From Propionibacteriaceae bacterium (GTDB lineage Bacteria > Actinomycetota > Actinomycetes > Propionibacteriales > Propionibacteriaceae), in NCBI GenBank assembly GCA_031256725.1, contig JAIRQE010000010.1, forward strand, positions 1 through 32,000: a DNA stretch of 32,000 nt, in the 5' to 3' direction. Shown here piece by piece: positions 19,071 to 24,183 of this stretch. Numbering within the stretch: the stretch's first letter is position 1; every line of letters starts with the position of its first letter. Made by a program: the position numbers and the translations under genes. Under the pieces are notes generated by a model. The model was not told the origin of the DNA. It searched no databases and was given only the letters and a program-made list of their open reading frames with translations.

Positions 19071-19113
19071 GCCGTTCGGTTTTGGCGCTTTTCCATGTCA
19101 AGAGGACAGGCCC
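19071..19113. repeat. Imperfect direct repeat, copy B (partner at 18881-18923)
   Basis: See copy A. The two copies bracket a C/CA-rich tract (18971-19033: cccccccccacacacacaaccaacctcacacccacgtacacccttcccccccacc). Confidence 0.6.
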
Positions 19114-19137
19114 AAGGATTGGATCATGAATGATCAC

Positions 19138-19545
19138 TCAATAGGTTAGTCTTCCAACAGGGTCCTCGGTCGTGAGTACCTCCCAGCCGAGCGAGGTTGC
19201 GGTCTTAATGAGTCCCTGATCAAAGGTCGCCAAGGTCGCACCGTGATAAGCGACCGTATCTAGAACGCAACAATGAGGCAAACGCAAGCGAGTGGAAATG
19301 CGAAGATGAGCAATCCTGGAAGGATGGGCGTCATCAGGAGACCATATTTCAATTCCGAGATTATGGATGGCTTGCGTGACGAGTGTCTCGCTGTTAACTC
19401 GCACAGCTCCTACAAGGATCTCTGAATAAGTGAGAGGATGAAGGAGTAGCTCTTCCTCGTGATCCATGATGGTTGCAGCAGGCTGAGAATGGATGTGACC
19501 TTTTTCCAAGAGTGCAATGACCACGCAGGCATCGAGAACGATCAT
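19138..19545 (-). CDS. vapC: PIN-domain ribonuclease toxin (VapC family)
   Basis: 135 aa with N-terminus MIVLDACVVIALL (conserved Asp at position 5). Further acidic positions occur in TYSEIL, CVLDTV and TFDQGL, as expected for the PIN catalytic quartet. It lies 11 nt downstream of a small RHH-like gene. Confidence 0.85.
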   Translation of the reverse strand: MIVLDACVVIALLEKGHIHSQPAATIMDHEEELLLHPLTYSEILVGAVRVNSETLVTQAIHNLGIEIWSPDDAHPSRIAHLRISTRLRLPHCCVLDTVAYHGATLATFDQGLIKTATSLGWEVLTTEDPVGRLTY

Positions 19546-19556
19546 TCACCCCAGCC

Positions 19557-19814
19557 TTACCAGTCTTTGCGTAATTCTTCAAGAAAGTTGTCAGGGAACG
19601 CCCCGGATAGAATCCCTTGTGATTCAGCTATTGCTTTCCTTCGAACAGCTCTCTTCGCCTCTCGCTCATCGGCCAAAGCCTGAGAACCGAGCACTATCAA
19701 TTGAGTTGCGATCTTGCTTTTGGGGGCATCCGGCCACCGGGAAGCAGCAGCCTCAAGAGCATCTTGAACCTGGTCCGTGAGTGTGATCTGAATACGCGGC
19801 AGAGTGGTAGCCAT
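19557..19814 (-). CDS. vapB: VapB-type antitoxin (ribbon-helix-helix-like N-terminus)
   Basis: 85 aa. MATTLPRIQITLTDQVQDALEAAA fits an RHH beta-strand plus helix. It is followed by a charged linker and a C-terminal FPDNFLEELRKDW toxin-binding-like tail. It sits immediately upstream of vapC. Confidence 0.75.
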   Translation of the reverse strand: MATTLPRIQITLTDQVQDALEAAASRWPDAPKSKIATQLIVLGSQALADEREAKRAVRRKAIAESQGILSGAFPDNFLEELRKDW

Positions 19815-19822
19815 AAGGATAG

Positions 19823-19850
19823 TGTACCACTGAACATCTTTAGTGGTACA
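19823..19850. promoter_or_regulatory. Operator-like perfect inverted repeat upstream of vapB
   Basis: TGTACCACT (19823-19831), a 10-nt spacer, then AGTGGTACA (19842-19850), 9 to 36 nt upstream of the vapB start codon (19812-19814 on the minus strand). An extra half-site, AGTGGTA, lies at 19803-19809. TA operons are typically autoregulated at such palindromes. Confidence 0.5.
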
Positions 19851-19925
19851 GATGCTGGATGGCGAAGACAGTCATGGCACGACACGGTGGTGAACGTCGC
19901 GAAATTAACATTTGTCGTTACTCCA

Positions 19926-20168
19926 GTGGAGCGATTGGTTTCCGCATACCTTGACCTAGCCGAGTCAATGGCTATGAAGCGAATTCCCATGACGATGGAA
20001 GACTGGGAGGAACGGCTCAATGGATTTCCGGCCATAGCCGATCGTGAGATTCTCCAAGATGCTGGAAGAGTGAGCGCAGAGATCGCGAAAGCTCATGTAG
20101 AAACAGAGTTTGAGGAATATCGCATCGCCCAGGATGCGCTCTTTCGTTCGGACTTCGACAGATTCTAG
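19926..20168 (+). pseudogene. 3' remnant of a rhuM-family (virulence protein RhuM-like) gene
   Basis: The last 80 or so codons of ORF 19701-20168 read VERLVSAYLDLAESMAMKRIPMTMEDWEERLNGFPAIADREILQDAGRVSAEIAKAHVETEFEEYRIAQDALFRSDFDRF. From memory this matches the conserved C-terminal region of RhuM-family proteins, which are about 330 aa long when intact. The upstream part of the ORF is antisense to vapB and shows no such similarity. Confidence 0.6.
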
Positions 20169-20221
20169 GAGTTGTAGAATCAGGCCTCCATGAAAACCAG
20201 AAGTGATCTGTATGCTCACGG

Positions 20222-20265
20222 TTATTCTGAATCAGGGGTAGTTTTATTCTGAATCAGGGGTAGTT
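20222..20265. repeat. Perfect tandem duplication, 2 x 22 nt (TTATTCTGAATCAGGGGTAGTT)
   Basis: The copies at 20222-20243 and 20244-20265 are identical. A degenerate third GAATCAGG core lies near 20177. The repeat ends 25 nt upstream of the serS ATG. Confidence 0.95.
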
Positions 20266-20276
20266 GTGGTGAGGCA

Positions 20277-20282
20277 CTAGAC
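20277..20282 (+). promoter_or_regulatory. Candidate -10 hexamer TAGACT for serS (leaderless or near-leaderless mRNA)
   Basis: TAGACT lies 8 nt before the serS ATG, and no Shine-Dalgarno is present (cttgtacccATG). The same hexamer recurs in front of the small-gene copies and the HAD gene. Confidence 0.4.
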
Positions 20283-20290
20283 TTGTACCC

Positions 20291-21565
20291 ATGATTGATC
20301 CGAAACTGATTCGTACTAACCCTGACTACCTGAAGCGTGCCCAAGTAGCGCGCGGGGAGTCTGAAGAGTTGATCGACCAATTGATCTCGGCAGATGAGGA
20401 TCGTCGTACGGCTATCGCAAGCTTTGAGGCACTCAGGGCCCAGCAGAAGGAACTGGGGCGTTCGGTCGCCAAAGCCACATCCGAGACTCGTCCTGCACTC
20501 CTGGCTGAGGCATCAGCATTGGCTGAGAAGGTTAAAGAAGCCGAGGCAGCCTCCAGCGAAGTGGAAGCCACCTTTAATGAGTTGATGGCACTCGTACCCA
20601 ACCCTGTTTTTGATGAGGTACCTCGCGGTGGGGAAGAGGACTTTGCCGTCCTCGAAACTGTCGGGACTCCGCGTGACTTTGAAGCGGAAGGTTTCACGCC
20701 GAAAGACCATCTGGAGCTTGGGGAGATCCTGGGAGCCATCGATATGGAACGAGGGGCCAAGGTTTCGGGATCGCGGTTCTATTTCTTGACGGGTGTGGGG
20801 GCCTTGCTGGAATTGGCGCTGACCCAGTACGCCGTCACGAAGGCGGTGGAATGGGGTTTCAACCCGATGATCGTACCCTCGCTTGTGAAGCCTTCGGCTA
20901 TGGAGGGTACTGGCTTCCTTGGTCAGGCGGCCCAGGATGTCTACCATCTGCCAGCCGATGATCTCTACCTCGTGGGTACCTCTGAGGTTGCGCTGGCTGC
21001 GTACCATTCCGATGAGATCCTGGATGCGGGCACCCTTCCACGAAAATACATGGGGTACAGCCCCTGTTTCAGGCGCGAAGCCGGCTCCTATGGCAAGGAC
21101 ACTCGCGGTATCTTCCGCGTCCACTGGTTCGACAAGGTCGAGATGTTTGTGTACTGCCGTCCTGAGGATTCCGAAGCCGAACACCTCAACCTGCTGAACT
21201 TCGAGAAGGAGTTCATCACCTCGCTGGGGATCCCCTTCCAGGTTCTGGATGTTGCCTCGGGGGATTTAGGGCTGTCCGCAGCCCGCAAGTACGACTGCTA
21301 TGGGTGGGTACCAAGCCAGCAGAAGTACAGGGAAATCACCTCGACCTCGAACTGTACCCAGTTCCAGGCCCGTCGTCTCAATATCAGAGCCCGTTATGAG
21401 GATGGGATCGGCCCAGTCGCAACCCTCAACGGTACCCTGTGCGCCATGCCAAGGATGATCATCATGATCCTGGAGAATAATCAGCAAGAAGACGGCTCAG
21501 TGGTCGTACCTGAGGTGCTTAGACCCTATCTTGGGGGACGTGAGGTACTGTCTCCTCTTTCATAG
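20291..21565 (+). CDS. serS: Seryl-tRNA synthetase
   Basis: 424 aa. It has an N-terminal coiled-coil arm ([17 protein letters not shown]...) and a class II core ([27 protein letters not shown]...[36 protein letters not shown]). Confidence 0.97.
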   Translation: MIDPKLIRTNPDYLKRAQVARGESEELIDQLISADEDRRTAIASFEALRAQQKELGRSVAKATSETRPALLAEASALAEKVKEAEAASSEVEATFNELMALVPNPVFDEVPRGGEEDFAVLETVGTPRDFEAEGFTPKDHLELGEILGAIDMERGAKVSGSRFYFLTGVGALLELALTQYAVTKAVEWGFNPMIVPSLVKPSAMEGTGFLGQAAQDVYHLPADDLYLVGTSEVALAAYHSDEILDAGTLPRKYMGYSPCFRREAGSYGKDTRGIFRVHWFDKVEMFVYCRPEDSEAEHLNLLNFEKEFITSLGIPFQVLDVASGDLGLSAARKYDCYGWVPSQQKYREITSTSNCTQFQARRLNIRARYEDGIGPVATLNGTLCAMPRMIIMILENNQQEDGSVVVPEVLRPYLGGREVLSPLS

Positions 21566-21605
21566 CTGTAGTCTTCCTAGGGATAATTCCTAGAAAGGGA
21601 CAACT

Positions 21606-21827
21606 ATGGCATATACGGTGGTACGGGTCCGTCTTCAAGGATGGACAGACAAGTTCCAGGATTTCGAGTCCGATACTGATTTTGGCGCGCAGGCCTATCC
21701 GGGCCTGGATAATTATCTATCAACGATGGAAATCAGGGGTTGGACAGTTGTTAATACCGCTGTCGCTTCCACAGGTGCTGGTATTCCAGCCCACCTCATG
21801 ATCACCCTTCACCGACCTGATGCTTAG
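21606..21827 (+). CDS. Small protein paralog 1 (DUF4177-like by motif; function unknown)
   Basis: 73 aa: MAYTVVRVRLQGW...FESDTDF...YPGLDNYLSTMEIRGWTVVNTAV...HLMITLHRPDA. The SD AAAGGGA is 5 nt upstream. It shares the MAYT(V/M)VR...D(H/T)DF...YP.LD.YL(S/T)TME.RGW.IV...(T/F)(L/F)HRPE scaffold with the four downstream copies. Confidence 0.7.
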   Translation: MAYTVVRVRLQGWTDKFQDFESDTDFGAQAYPGLDNYLSTMEIRGWTVVNTAVASTGAGIPAHLMITLHRPDA

Positions 21828-21963
21828 TGTCCACCAACAAGGTATCCTCATGAATAACCTCATGAATCCTGGATGTGTTGATGAAGACTGGCTGACTATT
21901 TGAGCGGAGTCATTCTGTGGAAGAACTTTGTACGCAAGGATAGATATTTTACGGGTACCCATC

Positions 21964-21969
21964 TAGAGT
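21964..21969 (+). promoter_or_regulatory. Candidate -10 (TAGAGT) plus conserved leader for paralog 2
   Basis: cTAGAGTtaTATCACATCGATATGAAAGGAAtgtcATG; the leader is 28 nt and carries the SD AAAGGA. It is homologous to the leaders at 22665 and 22926. Confidence 0.4.
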
Positions 21970-21997
21970 TATATCACATCGATATGAAAGGAATGTC

Positions 21998-22204
21998 ATG
22001 GCGTACACGATGGCGTGAGTCCCTCTGATGAGTACATGGAAGGACCCCTGTGAAGAAGTTCAGGATGATCACGATTTTAAAGTGAGGAACAATAGTGCAT
22101 TGGATGAGTATTTGACTACCATGGAGTCACGAGGCTGGTCGATTGTCAATGTCATCAATTCTGATTCCGTAACCTTCCTGATTACTTTTCACAGATCGGA
22201 GTAA
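21998..22204 (+). pseudogene. Small protein paralog 2, interrupted by an in-frame TGA at codon 7
   Basis: atg gcg tac acg atg gcg TGA (22016-22018), then the same frame continues: VPLMSTWKDPCEEVQDDHDFKVRNNSALDEYLTTMESRGWSIVNVINSDSVTFLITFHRSE, stop at 22202-22204. A restart at ATG 22028 would give a 58-aa product lacking the conserved MAYTxVR strand; that is below the ORF-track cutoff. Confidence 0.6.
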
Positions 22205-22275
22205 CCACGAATCCAGGATTGCGAAGATTGGCCGATAACGAGCCTCATGATTAGCCGAATGATTGTGAGGAAACC

Positions 22276-22497
22276 ATGGCTTATACAGTCGTACGAATCA
22301 AGCTTGGGATTTGGAAAGAAAGATTCAAGGAAACACCCACCGACTCTGATTTCGATGTGGATACCTATCCAGAGATGGATGAGTACCTCTCAACGATGGA
22401 GGAACGTGGCTGGTCCATAGTGAACACTGCCGTCAGTTCTGGTAGTAATGGAGTGGCCTACTATCTGCTGGTGACCCTCCATCGCCCCGAGGTATGA
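22276..22497 (+). CDS. Small protein paralog 3 (DUF4177-like by motif)
   Basis: 73 aa: MAYTVVRIKLGIWKERFKETPTDSDFDVDTYPEMDEYLSTMEERGWSIVNTAVSSGSNGVAYYLLVTLHRPEV. The SD GAGGAA is upstream. It is closest to paralog 1. Confidence 0.7.
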   Translation: MAYTVVRIKLGIWKERFKETPTDSDFDVDTYPEMDEYLSTMEERGWSIVNTAVSSGSNGVAYYLLVTLHRPEV

Positions 22498-22502
22498 CCC
22501 GT

Positions 22503-22571
22503 TATACTGCGCGCAAGTCGCAGCATCCAGACCCCAGGATTCCTGGATTCTGCGACTAAAGCGCAGAATGA
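22503..22571. repeat. Conserved intergenic hairpin element, copy a (partner at 23175-23242)
   Basis: taCtGCGCGCAAGTCGCAGCATCcAG...GGATTCTGCGACTaaaGCGCAGAATGAC. It contains the perfect inverted repeat AGTCGCAG/CTGCGACT, flanked by GCGC/GCGC. Confidence 0.7.
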
Positions 22572-22664
22572 CGATGTGTGGTTATTCCCCTCAGCCAGAG
22601 GAAGCTTCTTGATCTGCCCCCCGCAGAAGGAACGGAGTCATTCTGTGGGGACTGTCGATGTGAC

Positions 22665-22670
22665 TAGACT
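22665..22670 (+). promoter_or_regulatory. Candidate -10 (TAGACT) plus conserved leader for paralog 4
   Basis: cTAGACTcgTATCACATCGATATGAAAGGAAatgtcATG; the leader is 29 nt. Confidence 0.4.
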
Positions 22671-22699
22671 CGTATCACATCGATATGAAAGGAAATGTC

Positions 22700-22906
22700 A
22701 TGGCGTACACGATGGTGAGGGTTGGACTGTGGGGATTTCGTGATCCCTTCAAGGAAGTCGAGGATGATCATAGTTTTAAGACGCGAGCCTATCCCGACCT
22801 AGACGACTACCTCACGTCTATGGAGTCTCGTGGCTGGAGGATCGTCACAGTGAACCCTTTGCCTGATGGATTAAATATGCTCATTACATTCCATAGACCT
22901 GAGTGA
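22700..22906 (+). CDS. Small protein paralog 4 (DUF4177-like by motif)
   Basis: MAYTMVRVGLWGFRDPFKEVEDDHSFKTRAYPDLDDYLTSMESRGWRIVTVNPLPDGLNMLITFHRPE. The start was chosen at the family-conserved MAYT with the SD AAAGGA upstream. The ORF-track start at 22685 (MKGNV-) uses an ATG inside the conserved leader that is out of frame in paralog 5. Confidence 0.7.
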   Translation: MAYTMVRVGLWGFRDPFKEVEDDHSFKTRAYPDLDDYLTSMESRGWRIVTVNPLPDGLNMLITFHRPE

Positions 22907-22925
22907 CCGTGTACCTGGCCACGGC

Positions 22926-22931
22926 TAGACT
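22926..22931 (+). promoter_or_regulatory. Candidate -10 (TAGACT) plus conserved leader for paralog 5
   Basis: cTAGACTttagTATCACGTCGATATGAAAGGAAcgccATG; the leader is 30 nt. Confidence 0.4.
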
Positions 22932-22961
22932 TTAGTATCACGTCGATATGAAAGGAACGCC

Positions 22962-23165
22962 ATGGCTTACACAATGGTACGAATCCCTATGGTAGGTGTC
23001 TTCTCAAGCCCCTTCAAAGTAGTTGAGGATGACCATGACTTTAAAGTGAAAAACCATCCCGAGTTGGATGATTATCTGACGACCATGGAGTCGCGAGGAT
23101 GGGCAATCATATCCGTTGAGTCCTTCGGTGAAGGAATCCTCGTGACCTTTCACAGACCTGAGTAG
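22962..23165 (+). CDS. Small protein paralog 5 (DUF4177-like by motif)
   Basis: 67 aa: MAYTMVRIPMVGVFSSPFKVVEDDHDFKVKNHPELDDYLTTMESRGWAIISVESFGEGILVTFHRPE. It is closest to paralogs 2 and 4. Confidence 0.7.
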   Translation: MAYTMVRIPMVGVFSSPFKVVEDDHDFKVKNHPELDDYLTTMESRGWAIISVESFGEGILVTFHRPE

Positions 23166-23174
23166 TCACCACGT

Positions 23175-23242
23175 CATACCGCGCGCAAGTCGCAGCATCT
23201 AGGCATAGAATTCTGGATTCTGCGACTGAGTGCGCAGAATGA
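23175..23242. repeat. Conserved intergenic hairpin element, copy b (partner at 22503-22571)
   Basis: taCcGCGCGCAAGTCGCAGCATCtAG...GGATTCTGCGACTgagtGCGCAGAATGAC, with the same AGTCGCAG/CTGCGACT stem as copy a. Confidence 0.7.
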
Positions 23243-23255
23243 CTGTACAAACAGC

Positions 23256-23261
23256 TAGACT
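23256..23261 (+). promoter_or_regulatory. Candidate -10 (TAGACT) for the HAD gene (leaderless configuration)
   Basis: gcTAGACTcgtaaacATG. The hexamer is 7 nt before the ATG at 23269 and there is no SD. The CTAGACTCGTA context is identical to that in front of paralog 4. Confidence 0.4.
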
Positions 23262-23268
23262 CGTAAAC

Positions 23269-24078
23269 ATGGCGATACGAAGGGTCCCTCAACAATGGAA
23301 GCCCCAGCTTGTCGCCGTTGATATAGATGGCACAATCGTTGGTCGTGATGGAATCGTACCCCCCGAGATTGCGGAGAAGCTTTGCCAGATCCGCACCCAA
23401 GGGGTGCCGGTCGTGATCGTCACGGGGCGTTCGTGGCTGTCCTCCCAGATCATCCTTGACCAACTCCAGATTCCGGGAATCTACTGTGTTTGCAATAATG
23501 GCGCCACTGTGGTCACCTATCCACCCCTTGCCCTGCATCGGGCGGAAACCTTCGATCCAACCCCGATCCTTGAAGTGGTACGACACCACCCAACCGCCAT
23601 CGTGGCTATCGAGGATTTTGGGAGGGGGTACAAGGTATCCAAACCCTTCCCACCAGGGATATATAGTCTCCATGGAGAAACGACTCTCGTGACCCTTGAT
23701 GAGATGGCCCAAGAACCCCAGTCGAGAGTGATCTTGCGTGATCCCGAGTCAAGCGCAGAAGAATTCGATGTACTGCTTGCTCAGATTGATTTGGGGGATC
23801 TCTATTCCGCAAGGGTTGCTCCCACATGGTTGGATCTGGGCGCTAGTACAGCTGGAAAAGACAAAGGGTTAGCTTTCGTGGCAGCCCAACTGGGAATCGA
23901 ACAGGCAGATGTACTAGGTATCGGTGATGGGTACAACGATATTGACTTGCTGAGTTGGGTTGGTAGGGGAGTGGCTCTTGGTGATTCCCCGCCCGAATTG
24001 GTGGCTGTCGCAGACCATGTGACTGCGAGTTTCGCCGAGGGGGGAACCCTGTCCGAGCTGCGGCGATGGTTTGAGTAA
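23269..24078 (+). CDS. Cof-type HAD-IIB family phosphatase/hydrolase
   Basis: HAD motifs: I VAVDIDGTIV; II VVIVTGRS; III GKDKG; IV GIGDGYNDIDLL. The start is uncertain: candidates are 23230 GTG, 23239 ATG and 23269 ATG. I prefer 23269 because the upstream codons lie inside the repeated intergenic element. Confidence 0.85.
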   Translation: MAIRRVPQQWKPQLVAVDIDGTIVGRDGIVPPEIAEKLCQIRTQGVPVVIVTGRSWLSSQIILDQLQIPGIYCVCNNGATVVTYPPLALHRAETFDPTPILEVVRHHPTAIVAIEDFGRGYKVSKPFPPGIYSLHGETTLVTLDEMAQEPQSRVILRDPESSAEEFDVLLAQIDLGDLYSARVAPTWLDLGASTAGKDKGLAFVAAQLGIEQADVLGIGDGYNDIDLLSWVGRGVALGDSPPELVAVADHVTASFAEGGTLSELRRWFE

Positions 24079-24183
24079 ATCCTACTAGTTGAGACAAACA
24101 CCGCTGGGAGGGGTTAGCTTCTCTGAAGTCTGTTGGAGTGTACGCTATGATGATAACTAATCTGTGTGTACAGGTGGTGAGCG

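Noticed and set aside
19701-19925. The 5' part of ORF 19701-20168, treated as a complete 155-aa gene.
   Set aside because: This part is antisense to vapB and its promoter and shows no family resemblance. Only the 3' 80 or so codons look RhuM-like, so I call it a gene remnant rather than an intact CDS.
20170-20290. A T-box riboswitch upstream of serS.
   Set aside because: Only about 120 nt separate the upstream remnant from the serS ATG. I could not find a specifier-loop or T-box (AGGGTGGNACCGCG-like) sequence. The region is too short for a T-box leader.
20513-21184. A 223-aa minus-strand ORF opposite serS.
   Set aside because: serS is unambiguous on the plus strand, so the antisense ORF is a shadow.
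22016-22018. The in-frame TGA in paralog 2 as a selenocysteine or programmed recoding site.
   Set aside because: The other four paralogs have ordinary codons (Val/Arg) in the equivalent N-terminal region rather than Cys or Sec. I noticed no obvious SECIS-like hairpin immediately downstream. A nonsense mutation or restart is the simpler explanation.
23107-23712. A 201-aa minus-strand ORF spanning the end of paralog 5, the hairpin element and the 5' half of the HAD gene.
   Set aside because: It crosses a repeated non-coding element and lies antisense to a gene with clear HAD motifs. It has no motif support of its own.
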